DNA of 63,994 nucleotides, filler included, from Bonamia ostreae (GCA_040357525.1; 8 parts of 8 records of this genome joined end to end with filler, not necessarily neighbours in it), one strand, 5' to 3'; positions 25,837 to 37,815 are shown, counted from the whole stretch's first letter. Notes: generated by a model from the sequence alone, not told the origin. Numbers and translations: made by a program.

Positions 25837-26499
25837 ATGCCTGAAAAAAGTTATATCATAATAGGAATATCTCTTGGAATTCTTTTATTATTTTTGGGGG
25901 TATGTTTATTTTTAATCATAAAACACAATCTTGAAATGTATAATGGTTACAATTTAAGTGTATATAAGGTCACTTATATTTCACCAGAAAAGAGAAAGCA
26001 ATTATTCGAAGGTTTCTTAGTTACTTTCTAAAATTTAATTTTAAATATAAAATTTAAATCGAACAAATTTTTTACTAAAGAATACAAAATGAATCCCTTG
26101 AAGGGTCAATCTAAATACGAAGGTCCTGTGTTAGAAGAGCCTATCTTTAAAGACAATAAGAAGTATCCTTTTTTTATAGAACTAAAAAGTTCAAATCCAG
26201 TTGATGACGCTAAAGCATATTTTAAAGACAATGAATTCAATTATTATGAAAAGTGCCGTATTTGCAATGATGAGTTTAAAGAATGTAATAGCAAAATTCT
26301 CTGTGGTTATTGTCGCCATATAATGTGCGAAAATTGTCTAATTAAAATGTGCTTCGATATTTTAGAATGTCCTTTTTGCAGAGAGCATTTTGCAGATTCG
26401 AGAATTAAATACATTTCTGAAAAGAATGGAATAGAGGTAGGGAAAAGTAAAAATCATTCTTATTACAACATTCTTTTATTTTATGACAATTTGAATTAA
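25837..26499 (+). CDS. N-terminal TM plus RING-HC protein, copy 2; intron 26012-26080
   Basis: TM IIIGISLGILLLFLGVCLFLII; CRIC-x15-CRH-x2-CENC-x10-CPFCR. Confidence 0.85.
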
Positions 26500-26650
26500 A
26501 TTTACAAGTCGTTATAATGAAATCATTTGTTATAAACAAAAAACGCTAAAAACGAAAATAAATTGAGTTATCTAATAAGTCTTCGTTAAAAGGAAATAAG
26601 AGATTTCATTAAATCGCCATTAATCGAAAAAAAGAAAATATAAATTCGAT

Positions 26651-26910
26651 TTATCCATTAAAAAAAATAACTGAAATCGGAACATAAATGTTAATCGAAA
26701 AGGTCATGTAAAAACAATAACTGCATCTCTTTTTAATTACAAAATTTTCATCGCAAGCAAATTTTAAAATTCTGCCTTCCTCAAAACTATTGCTTCCAGA
26801 TTAAGAAAATCCCCCATCTTATTTATGATCATTTTTTGGTTCAAACAAATCTTCAACAATAAAAAGATTTTTAAAAAAGAAAGGATTACAGAAAAGGAAT
26901 GCTGCAATAA
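26651..26910 (-). pseudogene. Decayed copy of the 3' half of the four-TM gene at 28591-29205 (a shorter remnant lies near 25160-25245)
   Basis: Minus strand aligns with VILS.LKI.LL.KICLNQK...ILKFACDE...KR.SYCFYM.. of the intact gene, with indels and stops. Confidence 0.7.
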
Positions 26911-27787
26911 TTGTTTTTATTGCTGTTGTTGTAGCAATTATTTTTTTGATTTTTATTGATCTTTTCAATTGTTGTTTTTATTGTTGTGAATTTTATTAAT
27001 GTTTTTGTTGTTTTTGTTGTTGCAAACATGCCACTCTAGATACAACTCAATTCCCAAAGTTAATGTCTTTAGAGATTTCCTCTCCAAAAAAGGAGCAAAG
27101 CAAGTGTGGATAATCATAGAGGATGGATTGGATTCTACATTTTATACAAAACGACAAAGTAAATTTTTAATAAGGTTAAATTTCGCCGCATCGAAAATTG
27201 ATTAGTTTTTGGTAAGAATCTGAACATAAACTGCTCAGCCACATATCAAATTTTTATGTCTTTGATTTAACTTGTTTCTGTTTAATATATAACAGTGACT
27301 TTTTCTTTTCATTTACGTTGTCTCGGCTAAGTACGCACCTTTGAAACTCTGTGCTATCATTTGCAAACCGAAGTGGACAGCAAATTCGATAGCGAAGCTT
27401 CTGCTCAGTAAAAGCATAAGCGCTCCTTCCACAAAACTATCTCTCCACATGAAACGGCAAAACAAAAAGCAAATTGTTGAAAAACAGTGAAGATAGAGAT
27501 GACTAACAGATTATTCCTGAGATTTAAAGAATTATTAAATTAGAAAAAGAGATTTGATGAATTTTATTGCGTGAAATAGAATTTATAGCGGAGAATGTGA
27601 TTGATTTGATCACTTTTAAATAATAATACCCTTTTTGGTAACTTTCAACAAAACACATTGTATAAAAATGATTTATGTTAAGTTATAATTCAAAATTTGT
27701 ATTTATAGATCTAATTAAAAAATCTATTTTGGTTTGTCAGAAAAAATTTATTTTGTTTCATAATAAAAACTTATTTAAGGATAAAAA

Positions 27788-28441
27788 ATGTATAAATTTG
27801 GTTATGTCATGATTGGAACACTTATTGCAATTTTACTACTTTTATTCTTTTTATTTTTGTTCTATTACAAAAAATACAAACTTGAAGTTGATTTGGAATT
27901 CGAAAGTGATTATAAGACCACTTATATTTCATTAGAAGATAGAAAGAAATTATTCAAAGGTTTCTTAATTGCTTTGCAAAATTTAAACAGAAAATTTAAC
28001 TTGAACAATTTTTTTACAAAAGAATACAAAAAGTATCCATTGCTGAATCAATCTAATTACCATGATTATAAGTTATTCTGGTCTATCTTTAAAGACAATG
28101 AGAAGTATCCTTTTTTTATAGAACTAAAAAGTTCAAATCCAGTTGATGACGCTAAAGCATATTTTAAAGACAATGAATTCAATTATTATGAAAAGTGCCG
28201 TATTTGCAATGATGAGTTTAAAGAATGTAATAGCAAAATTCTCTGTGGTTATTGTCGCCATATAATGTGCAAAAATTGTCTAATTCAAATGTGCAGCGAT
28301 AAATTTGCATGTCCTGTATGCAGAGAGCGTTTTGCAGATTCGAGAATTAAATACATTTCTGAAAAGAATGGAATAACGATAAGGCAAATTAAACTTTATT
28401 TATATTACAACATTTTTTTATTTTGTGATAATTTGAATTAA
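27788..28441 (+). CDS. N-terminal TM plus RING-HC protein, copy 3 (probable 63-nt in-frame intron at about 27960-28022)
   Basis: Paralog of copy 2; the intron is inferred from the same GTTTCTT...AAAG position in copy 2. Confidence 0.85.
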   Translation: MYKFGYVMIGTLIAILLLLFFLFLFYYKKYKLEVDLEFESDYKTTYISLEDRKKLFKGFLIALQNLNRKFNLNNFFTKEYKKYPLLNQSNYHDYKLFWSIFKDNEKYPFFIELKSSNPVDDAKAYFKDNEFNYYEKCRICNDEFKECNSKILCGYCRHIMCKNCLIQMCSDKFACPVCRERFADSRIKYISEKNGITIRQIKLYLYYNIFLFCDNLN

Positions 28442-28590
28442 ATTACAAATTAAAATTAAATTTACAACATTTGTTATAAACAAAAAACGCCAAAAACGAA
28501 AATAAAATGAGTTATCTAATAAGTCTTCGTTAAAAGGAAATAAGAGATTTTAATCATCATTAATCGAAAAAGAGAAAATAGAAATTCGAT

Positions 28591-29205
28591 TTATCCATTA
28601 AAAAAAATAACTGAAAACGGGACATAAATGTTAAGCGAAATGGCCATGTAAAAACAATAACTGTATCTCTTTGAATGGCCATTAATTACCGAATATTCAT
28701 CACAAGCAAATTTTAAAATTGCAGCCATCACCAAAACTGTTGCCGCCGCAACAAGAAAAGCACCGATCCATTTTATAATCCTTTTTTGGTTCAAACAAAT
28801 CTTCACCAATAAAACGATTTTTAATACTGAAAGGATTACTGCTACTGTAACAAATAAACCGAGCAAAATATAATTCGAATCTCTAAAATTTTCGCAATCG
28901 TTTCCACAGATAAAATAGAGGTTTGGATCTGCGTAATCACTATATTTGTACCATCTGTTCAGATTTGCGACACTGAAATAAGTGATGCCGATGTAGACGG
29001 ACACATTCTTATCTGTTGCGAAACTTGTCCAATTGGGGTAAACAAGGATAGTTATTGTCAATCCGAGGGCGCACCCCAAATAGACAAATCCGAGAAGTGC
29101 TTGAACGCAATTGACCGCAACACGATCCGGGTTTTCCCTTTGTTGCTTGTTTTTGTTTTTATTTCGGTCGTCGGAAATGCCAAAATCTGATAATGATTTG
29201 TCCAT
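28591..29205 (-). CDS. Four-TM claudin/PMP22-like membrane protein
   Basis: Four hydrophobic helices, W...(Y)IG motif after TM1, Cys pair in the loop, YSYCFY before TM4. Confidence 0.65.
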   Translation of the reverse strand: MDKSLSDFGISDDRNKNKNKQQRENPDRVAVNCVQALLGFVYLGCALGLTITILVYPNWTSFATDKNVSVYIGITYFSVANLNRWYKYSDYADPNLYFICGNDCENFRDSNYILLGLFVTVAVILSVLKIVLLVKICLNQKRIIKWIGAFLVAAATVLVMAAILKFACDEYSVINGHSKRYSYCFYMAISLNIYVPFSVIFFNG

Positions 29206-29731
29206 CTTTGTAATTTCTTGGCGTTGTGGCGTATGTTTTAACTATTTTCGATCAAAAAATCTGGAAGTGTGCTTCTTGTTAAATAAATTTTTAATGATTT
29301 GTGGAAATGAATAAGTGCAAAATTTTCTTATAAAACGATGGCAAATTTTCTTATAGCCGTCTTTCAAAAGTCGCTGAATTTTCAAAATTGGTCATAATGT
29401 TAAAGAATACAAAACTTAAACAAAAGGAAAAATTATAGAAGTAAAATTTGTAGGAAGAAAATTTTAATAGAAAAAATTCTTTTGAAGAAATCGGGTGGAG
29501 TAAAAGAAGAACCGCGAAAATATTGTTAGAAACGGCTTTATTGTTTGTCTGTGCAGAGCCATCGAATATTATTGTTGGAACCTGGAGCAAAAATTAGAAA
29601 ATCTTATTTTTAGAGAAAGTTAGATTTACAAAGTTTAGAAAGCTAAATATTTTGCAATTTTACAAAACGTTATAAAAACTGTTCGAGCTGCAATATTTTT
29701 ATAGATTTCCACATAAACTTTTTTTAGCAAA

Positions 29732-31510
29732 ATGCTGTCAAAATTTGCAAAAAAACATTACATCAAAACAAACAATATAAGATTTCGGACTTTCTTTACA
29801 GGTAAAAGCTCTATGCCACGCGTTGAGCTTACTAAAGAATTTCCGATTGAATCCAATTTGAAGTTTAAATGATAAATTAGTTTATTTTAAATGATCATTA
29901 AAATCTAATTTTGTAAAATTTTCAAAATAGCCCAGAGAAAAAGCTTTCGATGGATCCCGTCGTTTCCAAATTAAGGAATGGAATCAACATTGCTTCCAGA
30001 GAAACGCTTAGTCCAATGGCTTCTATCTGTTTAGCCGTCAAAACCGGTTACACTTTTGAAGATAAACATTTTTATGGCCGTACGCACTTTTTAGCCAAAA
30101 CAGCTTTTACCGTTTTTATTCTTTTGTTAATGACGTTAAAAATTTCGAATTGTAAAGAATTTGCAAAAAATGGCAAAAATTTAAAGTCAAAAAAATTGCA
30201 AATTTTACAATAAAAAATCAAAGTCGACAGAAGAAACTTCGACATTTTCGATAAACCAGCAACTGGAAAGAACTGGGGCCAAAATAAACACGCTCGTCGA
30301 CCGAGACGGAATTCTTTACAACGTCGACGTCCTCAAAAAATTCGTTCCAACCGTTCTCCACATCATGTCCGATTCGTTGTTCAATCCCGCATTCGTTCTT
30401 ATTTTTTGCCACAACATTTTGTCAGATTCTTCAACATCTAAAATTAGCACGGCCACGAACTGAACAACATCTGCTTTAACCACCAAAACGCCCTTAAAGA
30501 AATTCCTTCCGACCAACAACTCGAAGATGACATCCATCTCGCAGCTTACGGACTTAAAGGCCCCGGGTTGCCATTAATGGCTCCGCGCGCTATTTTGGAC
30601 AAAATGAGGAAACCTCAATTGGTCGACTTCCATTCAAAGTTGATGCGTCCTGAACGCATCTCGATCGGCGCAATGGGAGTTGACGCGGCTGCTTTTAAAA
30701 ACAGCGCGGAGGAGTTTTTCGGGGGCAAGAAGAGCAGCGAGAAAAAGGAGACGGAGGATTTTAAGGGGGTCGAAACGTATGTCGGCGGAGAGGTGAGGCA
30801 CAATGATGTCGATACCGGGAAGGAGACTTTTATTACGGTAGCTCTGAAGACAGGTTTTTGTTGTTCCACTTTGCCAATTTTCTTCTTTGGCCCTTCTTTT
30901 ATAAATATTTATCATCGAGTTTGAACTGAAAAAAGACGGAACACTTTCAAATGAAATTCCCAAAATTTGCATTTTCAGTGCACTGCTCGGAGGAGGCCAA
31001 TCTTTTTCCGTCGGAGGACCCGGAAAAGGAATGACTTCTCGTCTGTACAAGGAGATGGTAGTCAGAACTCCCGGCTGCTCGTCTAGTGCTTCTCTCGCTC
31101 ATATACACTCCACTTCAGGTCTTTTCGGTATCACCGCTTCATGTGATTACGACAATGCTCGCGCTGTTTCTAAAGCTCTTCTCAAACAGATACGCGACAT
31201 CGCTGAAGCGAAGCTGTTGACTTACGAAGAGATGGAAAGGGCCCGGAATGCTGCGATGTCACAGTTTTTGACTAGCGCTTCAAACAGAGAAATCATGGCG
31301 GAGGACTATGCTCGCCAGCTTTTGTATTTTGGAAAAATTTACGGCATAGAAGAGATGAAGAAGCAGCTGAAAGCTGTAACTAAGGAGGATATGATAAACG
31401 CTGCCAAAAGATGGTTAAGCTCAAAGCCATCTGTGGCAGTGAGGGGAAACGTCTTAGATGTTCCTTCTTATCGTGACATAGAGAAAGAGCTACAAACGCA
31501 GTTTTGCTAA
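29732..31510 (+). CDS. PMPCA: Mitochondrial processing peptidase alpha / core-2-like subunit; introns 29863-29930, 30112-30223, about 30395-30447, 30854-30935
   Basis: Presequence MLSKFAKK..., SKLRNGINIAS, G.THFL.K.AF, LLGGGQSFSVGGPGKGMTSRLY, SGLFGI, EDYARQLL. Confidence 0.93.
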
Positions 31511-31610
31511 TAAAAGAGTAGACATTTTCAAAATTTGTGTTTTTGATTAGAAAGTTTATGTCGTCATTTATCAAATCTTTTAATTTTGTAATTTGAAAAA
31601 ATCCAAATTT

Positions 31611-32650
31611 TTAATCTAACGACACATTGGATTCCTTCAAATATCCAAGTAAAATCTTCTTCTGGTTTTCAGACAAACTCTTATCTATCAAATTCCCCAA
31701 CTTTAAGCCATTTTGCACATAAAAAAACCTTGTTTGGAACTTTTTTCGAAAGAGAGCTTAGTTTCAAGGCCAATAATTTTTTGGCTTCCCCTAATTTCGA
31801 CAACGGGTCGTGTTGTTTATAAGCGGCGAATATCAGATTTGAATATTGCGCGCTGAACCCTGTTCTCTCCAACTAATATTATTGCGCTAAAACGTTTTCC
31901 AGTTCTTCTTCGTTTTTCATCGAAAACACGGGAGGCAGTTCTATGATGCTGATCGTCTCTTTCAGCAAAATTATGATTTGCTCTTCGCTGAAATTTCTGA
32001 CAAAGCGTTCTGCGGTGACCATCTCTGTCATTCCAAGCGCGCAATTTTTCCTTTGTTTGTTTCCGTCCAATGACTTTATGTTCGCCAAAACCACGTTCTC
32101 CAATAACATCGCAGTCATTCTTTTTTAAAAATTTAACCAATTGCAAATTTTTTATAAAAATTTTGAGACCCTTTTTGCACAGACTCGGTTGCTTCAAAAG
32201 CCAGATCGAACCCAACGAGTGCAACGAAGGAACAATAAAACTCGGAAAATTTGGATATAAATCTGGCAGACCGATCTTTGTCTAATTTTACGCAAACTAA
32301 TTTTAGTATTTGCGGCAAATATTTTTTTATTTCGTTTCTTTTTTGCAAAACATTAAAAGTCTTTGTCCAATAAATTGCATTGTGTTAAAAGTTGAAATTA
32401 TTTAAAATATTTTAGTCAATTAAAATTTTGAACAATTGAAATGCATTTCAAAAACATTTGAAAACACTCTAAAATGGCCAGAACAATTGTAAAAGCGTGA
32501 TAGTCGTTCGACTTTTGACTAAGCAACTTTTGGAAAACACCCAAAAGCGGTTCCAAATAGTTTTTTATTTGTGTTTCAGACTTGCTTAGATATTCCACCA
32601 GCAATCTTAAAAATTGTGTTTTAAAAATTGAACGTGCTCAACGGTTTGAC
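31611..32650 (-). CDS. CSE1L: Exportin-2/CSE1, 3' part, multi-exon (21-nt intron 31893-31873)
   Basis: LEPLLGVFQKLLSQKSNDYHAF, YLPQI, Q.G.., RK.CALG, GFSAQYSNL.FA...HDP. Confidence 0.88.
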
Positions 32651-32825
32651 NNNNNNNNNNNNNNNNNNNNNNNNNNNNNNNNNNNNNNNNNNNNTTAATT
32701 AATTAANNNNNNNNNNNNNNNNNNNNNNNNNNNNNNNNNNNNNNNNNNNNTATTATTTTTTTCGTTTTCTGAATCAAAACATTGATAATAACATTTTAAA
32801 ATAAAACTAATAAATTAGTTTTAGA

Positions 32826-34860
32826 ATGAATACGGAAAATCTCAAATACTTTAAACTAAATTTTTTTGTCGCATTAAAGGAATGGGTAAAATTTATCGAA
32901 TTAAAGGAAAAAAATGTAAAACCAGAAATACATAGTTTACCGAACAAATTTTTCTTTAAAGCGAAACATGCATTTCTATGTACAAGTTTGTTACCAATTC
33001 TTATAAATTTAGTAATCAATATTGAAGAAAAAGGTTAAATTCGCCATTTTTAATAAAAACAGCTGTTGAAATGAACAGTCCACTTTACGATAAAAACAAT
33101 TTTACAAAAGACATAAAATATGTCTTTTTTTGTTACAAAAATTTAATTATACTTGGGAATAAAAGTGAATTTTTTGACAAACCTATTGCTTATTTTAGAA
33201 AAAAGATCAGGTCAAAAGTTTTTGAGAGAGGTTTTAACATAAAAATATTAGAAATTATCAGAACAATGCTTAGAAACTTTGGAAGCAGTTTTTATTTTTA
33301 AAATAGGTACAAACATTCCGGATTCCATTTTTGACGATAATCCAAATGTTGTCTTGATTAGAAACCAATGTTTCTTTGTAAAATTTAAGATATCGCTATC
33401 GCAAACCAAGAATTTGGTAATTTTTATTAAATGAAGACATAAGAAAGATATTTGGGATTCGTTTTATATAAAAAGATAAAGTTCAACGATTTTTTGCATC
33501 TGATGTTACAGAAGAAAGCGTCGATGCATTTATTCTCATCATTCGGTCAATTAAAAGTGAATACCCGGCCTCATTTAAATTAAATTTGCCCGTGTTGCAT
33601 TCAGAAACAGTTCTTGGGAATGTTTGCAACCTTTTAATTCATTGTTTAATATACATTTGATAAAAATCTTCAGTTTTCGAAAATAGATATACCATTGTTT
33701 TGCCAGTTTATTATTGCGCGAATCCAGATATCCAAATTTTTGAGTATATCAAAGAGCAATGTTTTATTACAAATTTGATTAGTGACGATAATCCAATGTT
33801 TTATTTTCATAAAGTGTTAAAAATCAAAATAGTAACAAGCCTTGAACGCAAAAGTTTAATTTTTCTAGAATAAAATCAAGTTTCTCCACTTTCATTCAAT
33901 AAAATTGCTTTTTTTAGTTGAACAATTTGAATGCGAAACGGATTTGCTACACAACAAAGAGTTTATGAATAAAACATTAATTGATATCAAATTGTTGTTC
34001 TGTGTCTGCCCTCACAGTTTTCGAGACAGAATGGAATTAATTTCATCGTCAATCGAAGTGAGCCCCGAAGGAATAAATCAAAATGTTGACGAGTTTAGAA
34101 AATGTTTTTAAACTTTTATTAAACAGTCGTTTTCAAAAAGACGTTAGATGGTTCTAATTCACAATTTCAATAAAGATTTAATGGTCAAAAACGTTGATAA
34201 AAGTTCGTTTCTAGTGAATATGAATTTTTATTATTTGCGCTTGGCAATCAATATTTGGCGCAGATTTAGAGATAGAGAATGTTTTATTTTTAAATTTAAA
34301 GATATCCTGTTTATAGGTTTTGTTTGAAAGTTAAAAAAGATTCAACTCTTTGGGAAAACTGTTATTTTTCTTAAATGAAAGTACGCGTATCGGCTGGAAT
34401 GTCAATCAAATTGTCGACAAATTTTGTGCATGCGTTTTTTGCTCTGTTTTCAGAATATCTAGAATATGATGTGTCTAGCTTCTATTCAAAGTTTTTTTCT
34501 GTTGACATATTGCGAAAAATAAATCTGCTGTTCTATGTAAACAAGAAAAACAAGTTTGCAAAAAAACTAATTAAAGATTGATGCTTGAATTTTTATTCCA
34601 GATACACGGTTGAACTTGAAACTCTTTTAAAATAACAAAGATTTGATATTGGTTAAAATATACAAATCAGTGTATAAACAGAAGATATATTGTATAGATT
34701 TGAGTGGAAATGAAGTGCATAGCGCCATATTAAAAGGATGTTTTCAAAAATAATTTTAAGCAAGAAGACTTTATCATCTCATGATGAATAAATCCACTCA
34801 ATATTTTTTGGAACTATATTTTGTTGTTTATGTGCTTTAGAAAACAATTAATAGATTTGT
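32826..34860 (+). CDS. Intron-dense hypothetical gene (3' extent uncertain)
   Basis: The frame stays open across introns 33034-33062, 33288-33306, 33370-33389, 33417-33436 and 33461-33481. More GTTT..AG candidates lie downstream but are not resolved. Confidence 0.55.
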
Positions 34861-35538
34861 TTGCATTTATATTCCGCAAGTTCTTCGTTTAAAAACAGAT
34901 ATAAAAATAATTAATTGTTATTAATTTTATTTTTTAATCACTTTTAACTTGTATGCTTGTAATTTTTCTATGAAGTACTCCCTTTATTTGCACTTATATT
35001 GTTGTTTAATTTCAATATTTTATTATTGTGCTTTAGTGACCTCATTTGTATGTTGCTATAAAATTTCAATGGACATGAAATATTTATTATTCGTTGAAAA
35101 TTTGTTCATAAAAAATTATAATTTGAGATTTAACATATTTTTAACTCCAAAGATAACAAAATTTTATCTCGTTGAATAGACAAGTCAAGTTTATGAAAAT
35201 AAATATTATAAATCGCAATTTATTATAAAGTTTTGTGGAGAAATCGCTCCCAATTGATTTTTTTTAATTTAGATCATTCCAAAAAATGTTTTTTTTTGAC
35301 AACAAAGAAATTTAAGATCCCCTTTAAACTGTTTCTTTGTTACTTAGCATATTTTGATAAATTTTTCCATTAGTGGTTTCAGGAGAAGCAATTTATAATA
35401 AAAAAATTAACGGTTTAAAAATAATTTAACAAACGGATTAAAATTTTCTTGTAATGAATAAAATCTTAAAACGAAAAAGTGATCGAAATATAATTAAAAG
35501 ATTTGATAAAATTTACTATATTAAATTCATATATTTAA

Positions 35539-35773
35539 ATGACAAAAAGAATAAACAAAAATCAAAAAGATTGCGCACAACACAAAACAATTGAAAGCAT
35601 TTCGTCAACCGAAAAAGAAAAAAGGCGCTGGGCAACAAAGTTTAATATTCATTTAAAGACAAGTTGTCAAGTTGTTCAACAAAATACAGAAAAAGCAACA
35701 AAAAAATTCCGAATTGGAAAATAATGTTAAAGCGAATTCCAGTTTCGTCAAAACTTTAAAGACTGGCAAGTAA
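35539..35773 (+). CDS. RRP15: Miniaturised Rrp15 (60S biogenesis factor), 71 aa; intron 35640-35658
   Basis: EKEKRRWATK|QVVKLFNKIQKKQQ...SSFVKTLKTGK* resembles the Rrp15 core E+.L++IA.+GVV.LFNA+...Q and the C-terminal S..F+..L. Confidence 0.65.
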
Positions 35774-36378
35774 ATACTTTTAAATAAATTGCCAAATTAT
35801 TGTTTTAAATTCTAAAATCGATAAAAATAAGCGATCAGATCGATCCAAAAAATAAGCAAAAAATTTAATTGCAACAAAAAATCTTTCCTTTTATATCTCT
35901 TCGCTGTAGAAGATTTTTGTCTATTAAAAGACTAAAAAAATTTTCAAAGACGATTTAATTTTAATAAATTGAGAAATTTTTTATGAGATAAATTATTTAC
36001 GAATCGTCAATTAATATCTTTGGCGATCGGCAAAAAACTTTGCCTTGTACAAGTCGACGAAAATATAACAAAAGCCTTAAAAAAACTCGATAAATTGTTG
36101 CAGCAATTCAAAAGAGACAAAAGAGTTTTTTGTGAGAAATTATAAAATTGTCTTGTTCTAACAATGTTTTATTAAAAGCATTTCAAGACGATTAGATTTT
36201 AACTAATTGCCCATTTCCAGAAATGGAAACTTAACGTTTTTGTTATTATACAAAATTAATTTTATTATACAAATTAAGCCATCTCAACTAAAACCATTTA
36301 AAATTGTATATTTAACAAAAATCGATAAACATTTTACTAAAATATAAAGTCGTTTAGCAGTGCTTTTAAGTTGCAGAC

Positions 36379-37101
36379 ATGAAGCTTTACAGAGACACTC
36401 TGACCAGTAAACCTTTATTAATCGCAGACAACGAAATCATCACAACCGCGTACAAAAAAGAAGAGCTTCGTGATGGCTCGATATGGAAAATAGAAGTTTC
36501 AAAATGTGATTTTAGTCCAATTTGATCGACAAAGATGACGATTCTGGCATGAAAGCACCAGATCTTGTCATTAACTATTCGCTCAACGTTCATTTACCCG
36601 ATTTTTAAAGAGCATCAATTATTCCAAAAAAGAGTTGAAAGCCATTTTCAAGGGATATTTTGTGGCCCTGAAGAACTTTCTCCAAGAGAAAATGAAAGAA
36701 AACGAAAATAGAGAGTCGGAGCTTAAGAAATTCAAAGAAATGTTTGGCAATTTAAAGGCGGATTACAAAAAAGTGGGCGGATTTTTCCAAGAAGAGATTT
36801 TGCCCGAATTCGATGATTTTGAATTGTTTTCATTTGAATCAATTCTTTCCAACGCACTTTGATCGACATTGTTTAAAACAAACAGCGTTTTCATGAAGTG
36901 CGGACATCAACCGGACATTAACAATGTCCGAACATTTTTACAACAATTTTGAATAAAATCAAATTATCGTTTAAAAGTTTCGTGACAACTGAAGGACTGG
37001 ACCAAACAGCGCCATTTGTTATCTTCTCAAAATACGAAGACGGGAAAACGGCGCCGTCTTTCTATTTTATCAGATGCGGTCTCACCGAAGAAAAGTGCTG
37101 A
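36379..37101 (+). CDS. TPT1: Translationally controlled tumour protein; introns 36407-36427, 36496-36515, 36588-36610, 36826-36977
   Basis: MKLYRD...NEI...Y, DLV.N..L....SKK......KGY...L...L, FDDFEFF, YEDG.TAP.FYF...GLTEEKC*. Confidence 0.92.
36848..36937 (+). ncRNA. Intronic box H/ACA snoRNA candidate
   Basis: Hairpin 1 has lower stem CGCACTT/AAGTGCG and a pocket TTGATC + TTCATG. H box ACATCA at 36904-36909, hairpin 2 CGGACATT-AAC-AATGTCCG, ACA at 36932-36934. Confidence 0.8.
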
Positions 37102-37129
37102 TTGGAAATTACATTAAACGCCAAAATTT

Positions 37130-37632
37130 AATTCTTGTTTTGTGTGAAAAACTTTAATTCTTTTTTTTGTGAAAAATCTTTAATTCTTTTTTTGTGAGAA
37201 AAATCATTTATTATTATTTTGTGTTAAAAAAATATTATTATATTTTTTTTTTTGAAAAATCTTTTATTCTATATTTTTTTGTGAAAAATAATTAATACTT
37301 TTTTTGTGTATAAAATAATAATTTATGACTTAGAAACAATTTNNNNNNNNNNATCTTTTTGTGTGAAAAATCTTTATTCTTTTTTGTCTGAAAAATCTTT
37401 TATTCTTTTTTTTTGTGTGAAAAATCTTTAATTCTATTTTTGAGTGAAAAATCTTTAATTCTATTTTTGCGTGAAAAATCTTTTATTCTTTTTTTTTGTG
37501 AAAAATCTTTAATTCTCTTTTTGCGTGAAAAATCTTTTATTCTTTTTTTTTGTGAAAAATCTTTCTTTTTTTTTTGCGTGAAAAATCTTTAATTCTTTTT
37601 TTTTGTGAAAAATCTTTTATTCTTTTTTGTGT
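37130..37632. repeat. Minisatellite, about 25-30 bp unit (GTGAAAAATCTTTAATTCTTTTTT), roughly 15 degenerate copies with an internal gap
   Basis: Directly visible tandem units. Confidence 0.9.
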
Positions 37633-37815
37633 AGAATTGTAGAATTTCTGACTTCGAAACTATTTCAACGCATTCGCTTATTAATATCTGCAAAAAATAT
37701 TTCAACTTGCAAGAATAACGAAGAGCTGTCAACAAAGTGGAGAAATTTATAATTATTTACAAAAATGGTTAAACATGTTAAAATCAAAACTATAAAATTT
37801 CAATATTACTTATGT

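Noticed and set aside
37130-37632. Repeat array as possible CRISPR
   Set aside because: There are no unique spacers, the units are degenerate, the context is eukaryotic, and no cas genes are present. It is a minisatellite.
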